From contig JANOQV010000295.1 in assembly GCA_031414955.1 (NCBI GenBank), forward strand, positions 1-27,600: 27,600 nucleotides of DNA, given 5' to 3'. The translations under genes were made by a program, and so were the position numbers. Origin of the DNA: Pedosphaera sp. (lineage in GTDB: Bacteria > Verrucomicrobiota > Verrucomicrobiia > Limisphaerales > SIBH01). Of the stretch, positions 7,935 to 16,704 are shown in pieces (position 1 is the stretch's first letter; each line of letters opens with the position of its first letter). The notes below the pieces were generated by a model. That model did no database searches and was not told the DNA's origin. It saw only the letters and a program-made list of their open reading frames with translations.

Positions 7935-9161
7935 TCAGCGCGGTGCGGGGCCGCGCACCCAATTCTGGCCGGTGCGACGGTCATAGTAGCGAAAGGCCTT
8001 TTCGCCCAGAGCCTCGCGCAGGGCGCGCTGCGTTTCTTCGGTGATGGCTTGGAGCGCAGCGACCCTTTGCCGGGAGGTGTAGGCTGGTTCCGCCAGCACT
8101 TGCGCGCGCGCCTCCTCGACCGGCTGCTTGTAACTGTAGAGTTCGGCGGCAACTTCCGGTGCGAGCTTGTAGCGCGTGGTCGTGCGCAGCAGTTCGCGGT
8201 AATCGTTGTCCTGGGCGCGTTGATACTCGGCGTAGCGCGACTCGCCGAGGGTCGTCTGAACTTTCTCCTGATACTCCGACCAGGCCTGATTCCCGGGACC
8301 GAAGTCCTCGCCTTGCTTCCCGGCAAACGAGCGGTGGAGTTGGTAGATCTGCATGAACTCCGCTTCGCTGGTGTTGAGACCATAGACGGAATCGCGCACG
8401 GCGGTGGCCGACGGCGAGAACCACAGGTCAAACTGCTGGCGCTCCTGGGGCGTGAGCAACCGGGCCAGGGCGGCATTTTTTTGCTGGCGCAGCTTGTTGA
8501 AATCCTCGCTGCCGCCGGGCGTGCCGCCTTCCTCGATCTGCTGTTCGAGCAGGATGCGCTCCTGATCAGCGAACTGGTCGAGCGCCGTGCGGACGAGGGC
8601 GCGCTTCTCCTCCGGCAGGAAACCAAGCCGCTGGCCGTAGTAATCCTCCTGGCCCTGCACCCGCAGCCGTTCGCCGACGAGGTCGAGGCCGAGCAACTGC
8701 CGGATGACTTCGCGCTTCTCAAAATCCACCTCGCGCTGTTTGCGCAAGGCGTCCTTTTGCTCGGCATCCTCCCAAAGCTCCTGCTCGATCGGCTGCCAGA
8801 ACTTCACGTCGCGCGCGCGCGGATTGGCCGCCTGCATTTTCGGCGCGAGCAACTTGTCCACGTCGGCGATGACGATGTCTCGAATGGTCTGCTCCGGGCA
8901 GCCGATGCTGCGCAGGCGGGCGACGTAGGCGCGATAATCCTCCGACTCCAATTGCGCCCAGCGGAAGTCGTTGGTCACCGCGAGGGTGTTCGTGACCGTG
9001 GTCTCGAGGGCCGGTTCGAGGATGGAAAGGTAATTGGTGACGTATTGAATGCGGATCGCGCCAGGTTTGCTCCCAAAATGCCGGGCGAGAAAAACACTCA
9101 GCACCGCCAGCCAGGCGGCGTTAAGCAGCAACAACAAGATGGTCGAGCGCAGGGACTTCAC
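7935..9161 (-). CDS. hypothetical membrane-anchored alpha-helical protein
   Basis: GTG 9161 gives (M)KSLRSTILLLLLNAAWLAVLSVFL (TM/signal), followed by FRWAQLESEDYRAYVARLRSIGCPEQTIRDIVIAD and E/Q/R-rich helices. High GC3 on this strand. Confidence 0.82.
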   Translation of the reverse strand: MKSLRSTILLLLLNAAWLAVLSVFLARHFGSKPGAIRIQYVTNYLSILEPALETTVTNTLAVTNDFRWAQLESEDYRAYVARLRSIGCPEQTIRDIVIADVDKLLAPKMQAANPRARDVKFWQPIEQELWEDAEQKDALRKQREVDFEKREVIRQLLGLDLVGERLRVQGQEDYYGQRLGFLPEEKRALVRTALDQFADQERILLEQQIEEGGTPGGSEDFNKLRQQKNAALARLLTPQERQQFDLWFSPSATAVRDSVYGLNTSEAEFMQIYQLHRSFAGKQGEDFGPGNQAWSEYQEKVQTTLGESRYAEYQRAQDNDYRELLRTTTRYKLAPEVAAELYSYKQPVEEARAQVLAEPAYTSRQRVAALQAITEETQRALREALGEKAFRYYDRRTGQNWVRGPAPR

Positions 9162-9170
9162 GAGCGACGC

Positions 9171-9198
9171 AGTGTAGGGGAAATGGCGCGGAGGGCAA
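9171..9198 (-). promoter_or_regulatory. sigma70-type promoter candidate
   Basis: Minus strand TTGCCC (9198-9193), 16-nt spacer, TACACT (9176-9171), 9 nt before GTG 9161. Confidence 0.5.
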
Positions 9199-9255
9199 CA
9201 GCCCATCACACCGGGCCGTCGGGGCAGACGCCTCTAATTTCGCGGTGTTTCGCAC

Positions 9256-9342
9256 GAAAACCCAAATTCCAAAACCAGGCGTTCGCACGGCCATGGGAGT
9301 TTGGCATTGAGAGCTTATTTGGGATTTGGGATTTGGGTTTTA
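9256..9342. repeat. heptamer-based palindromic repeat (CCCAAAT / ATTTGGG units)
   Basis: AAAACCCAAATTCCAAA on the left faces ATTTGGGATTTGGGATTTGGGTTTT on the right. Confidence 0.7.
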
Positions 9343-9498
9343 GCCCGTGGAACCAAACATTTTGATGCGTCGGCCCGGACCTGGCCGTGGCCAAAGGGCC
9401 GAGAATCACCGATTGATCTTCAACGGAATTCTGCGGAGTATCGGACCCAATCCGCAGCCTGAATGTCGCGGAGCAATCACATCAACAGGAGTTCCAAT

Positions 9499-9732
9499 AT
9501 GAGCAATGGTGAAAATCAAACTAAGGCGGGCGGAAAGAGCTGGATCGTGGCCCTGCTGCTTTCCTTCTTTCTGGGGTGTTTCGGGGTGGACCGCTTTTAT
9601 CTGGGCTACACCGGCCTGGGGATCGCCAAACTCCTGACCTGTGGTGGCGCGGGCATCTGGTCGATCATTGATTTTATCTTGATCGCGGTAAACAAGACCA
9701 CAGACGCCCAAGGTAACCCGCTGGTGAAGTAA
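9499..9732 (+). CDS. TM2 domain-containing membrane protein
   Basis: KSWIVALLLSFFLGCFGVDRFYLGYTGLGIAKLLTCGGAGIWSIIDFILI is the TM2 signature. AGGAG RBS at 9487-9491. Confidence 0.93.
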   Translation: MSNGENQTKAGGKSWIVALLLSFFLGCFGVDRFYLGYTGLGIAKLLTCGGAGIWSIIDFILIAVNKTTDAQGNPLVK

Positions 9733-9968
9733 CCTGAGGCCAAAGAGAAGCCTCGCGCGCCTGAAGGAGCAGACTTGGACTTCTGGGCAGGCGGGGGGCA
9801 TTGCATGCCTCCGGCGCGTCTTGAAGGTGCCTCCCTGTGCCGACCGCGAGGAGCCTCATCCCGACACCTGTGGGCCAGAGAGGCAGCTTCGAGATGCGCC
9901 CGCGGACTTCCTTGGGCTTTTTTCGCACTTGCGTTTTGGGTGGGCGACTTGGAAATTCCCGGCTCTTT

Positions 9969-10769
9969 ATGGAATCAGCAACACCACCCTCGGCGGGAAT
10001 TTACGATTTTGTCGGCTGGATCGAGACGAACAAGAAACGTCTCGCCCAAGCCGCAGGCGCCATCTTGGTCGCGGGGACCGTCGTCGGTTTTATCGCCTGG
10101 CGCAGCGGCCAACGCGCGGTCGAAGCCGAACTGGCGCTCTCCTCAGTCAAGGTCAGCTTCATCCCTGGTGAACTGGCCTCGGGCGACGCCGCCGACGCGC
10201 TGGCCAAGATCGCGCAGGAGTATCCCAAGACCTCCGCCGGGACCAAAGCCCTGCTGCGCTCGGCCACGGCCTATTTCGATGGCGGTAATTTCGTCAAAGC
10301 GGGCGAGCAGTTTGACCTTTTTCTCCGCACCTACCAGGACACTCCCTACGTGCCCCAGGCGGTCTTCGGCGTGGCCGCTTCACTCGATGCCCAGGGCAAA
10401 GTGACCGAGGCCATCGCCAAGTACAACGATTTTCTGCGCTATGCCAGCGACCCGGCGACGGAGCGCGCGCGCTTGAGCCTGTCCCGTTTGTACGAAAAGA
10501 ACAACCAGCCCGGCCAGGCTCTCGAAATCTTGACCAAGAGCACGAACCCGCAGACGGGAGCCGCGGCTTCGCCTGAGGCTCAGGAAAAAATTCGCGAACT
10601 GTTCGTCAAGTACCCGTCGCTGATGCCCACCAATCCGGCTCCGGCTTTCATGCCACCGCCCAATATCCTGACTAACTTCACGCGCCCAACCTCTAACGTG
10701 CAGGTCAATGCCACCGGCGGAGTGCCCAAAGTCATTTTGAATCCCACCACTCCGACCCCGGGCAAGTAG
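9969..10769 (+). CDS. tetratricopeptide repeat protein with N-terminal TM segment (YfgM-like)
   Basis: WIETNKKRL, a TM helix, then TPR-like helices (KIAQEYPKTSAG, ATAYFDGGNFVKA, AVFGVAASLDAQGK). Pro-rich tail. Confidence 0.82.
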   Translation: MESATPPSAGIYDFVGWIETNKKRLAQAAGAILVAGTVVGFIAWRSGQRAVEAELALSSVKVSFIPGELASGDAADALAKIAQEYPKTSAGTKALLRSATAYFDGGNFVKAGEQFDLFLRTYQDTPYVPQAVFGVAASLDAQGKVTEAIAKYNDFLRYASDPATERARLSLSRLYEKNNQPGQALEILTKSTNPQTGAAASPEAQEKIRELFVKYPSLMPTNPAPAFMPPPNILTNFTRPTSNVQVNATGGVPKVILNPTTPTPGK

Positions 10770-10893
10770 CAGTGCAGACGAGGCTGTCGTGCCGTGGAAG
10801 CGGCCGGTTGAAGCGCGGCACCGAGGCGACCGCCTGCGGTTGTGGCCGGGAACATCCCATTAAACATCGGTGGCCTCCTGCCGATGCTCTCGC

Positions 10894-12183
10894 ATGAAGT
10901 TGACCATCATTGGCACCGGTTACGTCGGGCTCGTCACGGGCGCTTGCTTCGCCGAGGTCGGCCACCAGGTCATCTGCGTCGATAACAACGCGGAGAAAGT
11001 CAGAACGCTCCAGGCCGGCGGCATTCCCATCTACGAACCGGGCCTGGAAGAGATGGTCAAGAAGCACGTCACGGCGGGCCGGCTGCGCTTCACGGCCAGC
11101 ACCAAGGAAGGCGTCGAGAATTCCGACATCGTGTTCATCGCTGTGCCCACGCCGCCGCAGGCCGATGGCTCGGTGGATTTGAGCTTCATCGAGTCGGTGG
11201 CGCGCGAAATCGCCACCTCCATGACGAGTTACAAAATCGTGGTGGACAAGAGCACCGTCCCGGTGAAGACGGGCGACAAGGTGGCCGAGACCATCAAGCG
11301 ATACTGCAAGGCCAAGGTCGAGTTCGACGTGGTGAGCAATCCGGAATTTCTCCGCGAAGGTTTCGCCGTGGAAGATTTGATGAAGCCCGACCGCGTGGTC
11401 ATCGGCGTACGGTCGCCGCGACCCGTGGCGGCGATGAGGGAAGTCTATGAGCCATTCAAGGCGCCGATCATCGTCACGGACATCAACTCGGCGGAGCTGA
11501 TCAAGCACGCCGCCAATTCCTTCCTCGCCCTGAAGATTTCCTACATCAACGCGGTCTCGATCATCTGCGAAGCCAGCGGCGCGAACGTGATCGAAGTGGC
11601 CAATGGCGTGGGCCTGGACGCGCGCATCGGCCGGCGCTTCCTCGACGCGGGCCTCGGCTTTGGCGGCAGTTGCTTTCCCAAGGATCTGAGCGCCTTCATC
11701 AAGATTTCCGAGCAACTGGGCTACAATTTCGCCCTGCTCAAGGAGGTCCAGCAGATCAACGCCGGCCAGATGGATCGCTTCGTCAAGAAGATCACCGAGA
11801 CGCTCTGGGTGCTGAAGGACAAGACCATCGGCGTGCTCGGGCTGGCCTTCAAACAGAACACCGATGACGTCCGCATGTCGCCCGCCATCGAGCTGTGCCA
11901 GCGGTTGCAGAAGGAAGGCGCGAAGCTGCGGGTGTTCGACCCGCAAGCGATGGAGAAGGCCAAGGCCGTTCTCACCAACGCGACCTACCTGCCGGACATG
12001 AACGCCGTGGCCGAAGGCTGCGACGCACTCGTCATCGCCACCGAATGGCCGGAGTTTAGACAACTCGACCTGGAACGCGTCCGGCGCGAGTTAACCCACC
12101 CGATCCTCTTCGACGGTCGGAATCTGTTCGACCCGGTCGAGATGGAGAAGCTCGGATTCATTTACAAGAGCGTGGGGAGATGA
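10894..12183 (+). CDS. ugd: UDP-glucose/GDP-mannose dehydrogenase family protein
   Basis: MKLTIIGTGYVGL Rossmann motif, FIAVPTP, KSTVPV, SNPEFLREG, GFGGSCFPKD, GLAFK.NTDD.R, FDGRN. Confidence 0.96.
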   Translation: MKLTIIGTGYVGLVTGACFAEVGHQVICVDNNAEKVRTLQAGGIPIYEPGLEEMVKKHVTAGRLRFTASTKEGVENSDIVFIAVPTPPQADGSVDLSFIESVAREIATSMTSYKIVVDKSTVPVKTGDKVAETIKRYCKAKVEFDVVSNPEFLREGFAVEDLMKPDRVVIGVRSPRPVAAMREVYEPFKAPIIVTDINSAELIKHAANSFLALKISYINAVSIICEASGANVIEVANGVGLDARIGRRFLDAGLGFGGSCFPKDLSAFIKISEQLGYNFALLKEVQQINAGQMDRFVKKITETLWVLKDKTIGVLGLAFKQNTDDVRMSPAIELCQRLQKEGAKLRVFDPQAMEKAKAVLTNATYLPDMNAVAEGCDALVIATEWPEFRQLDLERVRRELTHPILFDGRNLFDPVEMEKLGFIYKSVGR

Positions 12184-12287
12184 ATTCCGAGTTCCGAGTT
12201 TCGGGCTTGGCGTGGCGCGTGGCATGAACGACTCCGCAGAAGATTCCCGGCGTGACACAACGCGAAACCCGGCACCCGAATCCCGAG
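12184..12287. repeat. degenerate heptamer palindromic repeat spanning the ugd-mutT junction
   Basis: TTCCGAG TTCCGAG TTTCGGG on the left and roughly complementary GAAACCC GGCACCC GAATCCC units at about 12264-12284. Confidence 0.5.
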
Positions 12288-12676
12288 CCTGCATCGAGGT
12301 CAGCGCCGGCCTCGTCTTCCGAGACCGAAGACTCCTGATCACTCAGCGCCACAGCGGAGCGCATCTCGGCGGGCTTTGGGAATTCCCCGGAGGCAAGCGC
12401 GAGCCGGGCGAAAGCTTCGAGCACTGCCTGGTGCGCGAACTGCGGGAGGAACTCGGCATTGAAGTCATCGTCGGCGAACTCATGGAAACCATCCAGCACG
12501 ACTATCCCGAAAAGCGCGTCCTGCTGAAATTCTTCCGCTGTGAGTGGCGGGCCAACGAACCGCAACCGCTCGGCTGCGCGGCCTCCGCCTGGGTGAATGA
12601 GGATGAATTGCACCGCTACGAATTTCCCGCCGCCGATGCCCGGTTGCTGGAAAAACTGCGTTTCCCGCCCGTCTGA
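12224..12676 (+). CDS. mutT: 8-oxo-dGTP diphosphatase / NUDIX hydrolase
   Basis: HLGGLWEFPGGKREPGESFEHCLVRELREELGI Nudix box and C-terminal FPAAD. Exact start uncertain. Confidence 0.88.
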   Translation: MNDSAEDSRRDTTRNPAPESRACIEVSAGLVFRDRRLLITQRHSGAHLGGLWEFPGGKREPGESFEHCLVRELREELGIEVIVGELMETIQHDYPEKRVLLKFFRCEWRANEPQPLGCAASAWVNEDELHRYEFPAADARLLEKLRFPPV

Positions 12677-12944
12677 CCGCACCTCCTTCGGGCTTGGACG
12701 ATTCCCGCCTTGCAGAACGATGCGCGCGCGGGTGGTGGAGAAGAAATGAGATTGAACTGCTTGCGCCAACGCCGCCAACGTGCCGTCAGACGGCCTTGAA
12801 ATCCAAACGCGCATGAAAATGAAACCCAAAAAGTTCGTGCTCTGCGCGGCGCGCATCCGGCCCGCGCGCTCGGACGACCCCGCCTTTCTGGAGACCGGTC
12901 AATCAAGCCCTCCGGCGCACGAAACGGAATGCCACCCTCACAAA

Positions 12945-13829
12945 ATGAAAACCTCGCTCACCATCATCACGGCCTCGTTGCTCTTCGTAACGGCGTTCGC
13001 CCAGGGCGCCGCCTGGAATTTCCCCTGCCCGACGAATGAGATCGCGCGTTACACGGCGCATCGCATCACGGAGAAGATTCGCCTCGACGGCAAGCTCGAC
13101 GAGCGCGCGTGGCAGGAGGCGCCGACGTCGCCACGGTTTGTGGACATCCTCAGCGGCCAACCCACGCTGCACGGCACGCGGGCGACGGTGGTCTGGGATG
13201 ATCAGAACTTCTACGTGGCCTACCGCGTCGAGGAGCCGAAGCTCCACGCGAAATACAGGAAGCACAACGACCCCATTTACTACGACAACGACCTGGAGAT
13301 GTTCATCGCCGGGCCGGACGGCTACTACGAGTTCGAGATCAACGGCTACAACACGGTTTATGAAGTGTTCTTCCTCTGGGCGGAGTCCTACGAGAAACGC
13401 GGCTTCGCCAGGCAGCCTGAGTTCGCGCGCTCCAAGCTCAAGCCATTCAACGGGGTGGGCTTTACCAATCATCCGCGCGGAGGGCGGTTGGGGCAGTTTG
13501 AGTGGCGCTACCCCGGCTTGAGGACCGCCGTGCATCTCGATGGCACGGTGAACGACGACCGCGACATCGATCGCGGCTGGACGGTCGAACTGTCGTTTCC
13601 GTGGCCGGGACTCAAGCCGCTCGCCACCGACGGCCGTGCACTCCCGCCAAAGGACGGCGACGAGTGGCGAATGGATTTCTCCCGCTTCAACACCTACAAG
13701 GCACCGCCGCCCGCGAAGGATTCTGGCGGCTGGGTCTGGACGCGGCATGGTGTGTGGGATTCGCACATCCCGGAGTGTTTTGCCTTCGTCCGGTTCACTA
13801 CGAATGGGCTTGGCCCGCGGAAACCCTAG
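12945..13829 (+). CDS. secreted carbohydrate-binding family 9-like (DOMON-like) protein
   Basis: Signal peptide MKTSLTIITASLLFVTAFA, then IRLDGKLDERAW, VWDDQNFYVA, YYEFEIN, GWTVELSFPW, WRMDFSR. Confidence 0.85.
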   Translation: MKTSLTIITASLLFVTAFAQGAAWNFPCPTNEIARYTAHRITEKIRLDGKLDERAWQEAPTSPRFVDILSGQPTLHGTRATVVWDDQNFYVAYRVEEPKLHAKYRKHNDPIYYDNDLEMFIAGPDGYYEFEINGYNTVYEVFFLWAESYEKRGFARQPEFARSKLKPFNGVGFTNHPRGGRLGQFEWRYPGLRTAVHLDGTVNDDRDIDRGWTVELSFPWPGLKPLATDGRALPPKDGDEWRMDFSRFNTYKAPPPAKDSGGWVWTRHGVWDSHIPECFAFVRFTTNGLGPRKP

Positions 13830-13954
13830 ACCTCGACCCGGCCGCGAAGTGCAGGTCGTTCCGATCGAGCCGGGATGATGAACAAGCACTGACCAAGGCG
13901 AACGTACGGAATAGTGGTGGCGGTTGCCCCGCACACCGGAGCCAGAGTTCGCTT

Positions 13955-14824
13955 TCAGCGGAAGGCCAGCCGCCAGGTCACGATCACCAAACCGCCGCAA
14001 CCGAGCAGCGCGGCAAGATTCGGCCCGGATCGCATCAACTTCGGTCCGAAACGGCAGGCCCAGAATCCCAACCCCAGGCCACCGAGGAAGCCGCCCACAT
14101 GCGCCACCACATCGCTGCGCGGGCTGAACCCGAGCAGGACCACGAGCAGGCATCCGGCCAGGACGCCGCGGCCCAATCGCAGTGCGGGCCTCTCCTCGCA
14201 CCTGTAAGCCAGCGAATGCGCGGTGAGGAGTCCCAGTGACGCCATCACCATCCCCGAGGCTCCGAGACTGCGAAAGGGCGCGTCATGCAGGGCGAAAGTG
14301 GCCAGGTTGCCCAGAGCACCGCCGAAGAAGGAAAGCAGCAGCGCGTGGCCCGCGCCATAGCAACCCATGGCCAGGCCGAGGAAGATGATGCCGGTGGTCA
14401 CGTTGGCCGCCAAGTGCGCCACGTCGCCGTGCAACGTAATAGCGGTGAAGATCCGCCACCATTCGCCGTGCAATACCGCGTTTCGGTCCAGAAGTCCCGC
14501 CGCCTTCAAATCAGTCGGAGACGTCTGGACGAAGACATGAAACAGGACGAGCAGAGCGACACAGAACACCGCCCGCGCGTCGAACAGCAGTCCGGTCCAC
14601 TTCAGCTCCCGCCGCCATACGGTGGCATTCTCCCGCTCATAAGCGGCAATGGAGGTCAAGGCGCTGGACTCATCGCTCGCCGCCATTTCCAAAAGCCAGC
14701 CGCCATCCTCGGCCCGCTCCACGATCACGCTCTCGATCCCTTGGCTGATGAGCACGAGGCTCCAGTCGCGGGCCTGCGCCTGCGAACGGCATGCGATAAC
14801 GGCAATGTCAGCCTGTGTCTGCAT
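13955..14824 (-). CDS. rhomboid family intramembrane serine protease
   Basis: GEWWRIFTAITLHGDVAHLAAN, GASG (catalytic Ser), AHVGGFLGG (catalytic His), several TM helices. Confidence 0.93.
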   Translation of the reverse strand: MQTQADIAVIACRSQAQARDWSLVLISQGIESVIVERAEDGGWLLEMAASDESSALTSIAAYERENATVWRRELKWTGLLFDARAVFCVALLVLFHVFVQTSPTDLKAAGLLDRNAVLHGEWWRIFTAITLHGDVAHLAANVTTGIIFLGLAMGCYGAGHALLLSFFGGALGNLATFALHDAPFRSLGASGMVMASLGLLTAHSLAYRCEERPALRLGRGVLAGCLLVVLLGFSPRSDVVAHVGGFLGGLGLGFWACRFGPKLMRSGPNLAALLGCGGLVIVTWRLAFR

Positions 14825-14933
14825 ATCAAAACAGCGCGGCCAAACTGCGGGACAAACGGCCCTTCGCCAAATTTCTTCATCCGAGGCCGTTGGACGGCGC
14901 GCGGTGATCGAATCCCAGTCTTGGCGAACGCCG

Positions 14934-16379
14934 CTAGGCCAGGATGTCCTTCACCACATGCCCATGCACATCGGTGAGGCGGAAGCGACGGCCTTGGAAT
15001 TCGTAGGTGAGCCGCTCGTGATCGAAGCCGAGGCAATGCAGGATCGTCGCCTGCACGTCGTGGACATGGACGGGATTCTCCACGGTGTGAAAGCCCAGTT
15101 CGTCCGTCGATCCGTAGCTGAGGCCGCGCTTCACGCCGCCGCCCGCCATCCAGATCGTGAACGCCTGCGGATGATGATCGCGCCCCATCGAACGGCCGAG
15201 GCTTGGGTTTGTTTCCACCATCGGCGTGCGGCCAAACTCGCCGCCCCAGATGACGAGCGTGGAGTCCAGCAGACCGAGGCGCTTGAGATCCTTCACCAGC
15301 GCGGCGCTGGCCTGGTCGGTGGTCTTGCAATTCCCGGTGTGGTTGCCCACCACGTCGCTGTGGGCGTCCCAGCCCTCGTGGTAAATGTTGATGAAGCGCA
15401 CACCGCGCTCGACCATGCGGCGCGCGAGCAAGCAGGCGCGGGCGAACGAGGGCTTGTCCGGGTCGCAGCCGTAGAGCTCGAGCGTCTCCTTCTTTTCACT
15501 CTTCAAATCCATCAGTTCCGGCGCGCTTGTCTGGAGACGGAAGGCCATTTCGTAGGCGTTGATGCGCGTGGCGATTTCAGGATCGCCCACCGCACCGAGT
15601 TGCTGCTCGTTCATCGCGCGCAGTAGGTCGAGCGTGTCGCGCTGAAGCTTCGTGTCCACGCCCTTCGGACTGGCCACGTTGAGTATCGGATCGCCCTGGT
15701 TGCGCAGGCGCACGCCGGTGTAGGTCGTGGGGATGAAGCCGCTTGACCAGTTGGCCGCGCCGCCGCTGATACCCGAACCGGTGCTCATCACCACGTAGGC
15801 CGGCAGATTCTTCGACTCCGAGCCAAGGCCATAGGTGACCCACGAGCCGAGACTGGGCCGGCCCGGTTGCGAGAAGCCGGTGTTGAAGAAAATCTGCGCG
15901 GGCGCGTGGTTGAACTGGTCGGTCTTCACCGAGCGACTGAGGCAGATGTCGTCCGCGACCGAACCGATGTGCGGCAGCATCTCGCTCAGTTCCGCGCCGC
16001 TCTGGCCGTACTTCTTGAACTTGAAGCGCGCGGCCATCACCGCCGCGTCCGGACGGATGAAAGCGTAGCGCTGGCCACCGATGACGGAGGGCGGCAGCGG
16101 CTTGCCTTCAAGCTTGGTCAGCTCGGGCTTGTGGTCGAACAAGTCGAGTTGCGACGGCGCGCCAGCCATGAACAGATGAATCACCGCCTTGGCTTTGCCG
16201 GGAAAATGCGGCGGCTTCGGTGCCAGGAGATCGACGGGCGCGGCAGCGCGAGCCACAAGTGCATCCGTGAGCAGTGAGGCTAGGCCAATCTTACCCAGGC
16301 CGATGCCGCACTCGCGGAGAAACCATCGCCGGCTCAAGGGCAGGCCACGCTCGGACCACTGATCAGCTTGGCAGTTCAT
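14934..16379 (-). CDS. DUF1501 domain-containing (sulfatase-like, Tat) protein
   Basis: SRRWFL, AKAVIHLFMAGAPSQLDLFD.KP, GRPSLGSWVTYGLG, ACLLARRMVERGVRF, GWDAH, WGGEFGRTP, GRDHHP, RLTDVHG. Confidence 0.93.
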   Translation of the reverse strand: MNCQADQWSERGLPLSRRWFLRECGIGLGKIGLASLLTDALVARAAAPVDLLAPKPPHFPGKAKAVIHLFMAGAPSQLDLFDHKPELTKLEGKPLPPSVIGGQRYAFIRPDAAVMAARFKFKKYGQSGAELSEMLPHIGSVADDICLSRSVKTDQFNHAPAQIFFNTGFSQPGRPSLGSWVTYGLGSESKNLPAYVVMSTGSGISGGAANWSSGFIPTTYTGVRLRNQGDPILNVASPKGVDTKLQRDTLDLLRAMNEQQLGAVGDPEIATRINAYEMAFRLQTSAPELMDLKSEKKETLELYGCDPDKPSFARACLLARRMVERGVRFINIYHEGWDAHSDVVGNHTGNCKTTDQASAALVKDLKRLGLLDSTLVIWGGEFGRTPMVETNPSLGRSMGRDHHPQAFTIWMAGGGVKRGLSYGSTDELGFHTVENPVHVHDVQATILHCLGFDHERLTYEFQGRRFRLTDVHGHVVKDILA

Positions 16380-16388
16380 AATCGTTTC

Positions 16389-16698
16389 ACCACGGAAGAC
16401 ACCGAACACACGGAATAAGCGACTGACCAAGCCCGAAGGGCTTGAATGTGAATAGCCCCCGGTGCAACCGGGGGTGAAAAGTGCTGGATGACAAACGACC
16501 CCGAAGGGGTCGAATCATTGAGTTCAACCTCATCCGGGGTTGCAAATGTTTCTGACCCATGATCCCCGGTTTCGCTCGTGCCTTGCGACCCGGGGCTATT
16601 CACGTTCAAGCCCTCCGGGCTTGGCCTGCCGAAACCGGTGGCGAACCGCGACCGAGGTCCGGTCTTCGCGATGCCGTGTTTTCGGTGTCTTCCGTGGT
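16389..16698. repeat. composite nested palindromic element
   Basis: Outer 25-bp inverted repeat 16389-16413/16674-16698 (1 mismatch), inner 33-bp inverted repeat 16427-16459/16592-16624 (2 mismatches), plus internal CCCCGAAGGGG-type hairpins. Confidence 0.88.
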
Positions 16699-16704
16699 TC
16701 ATGT

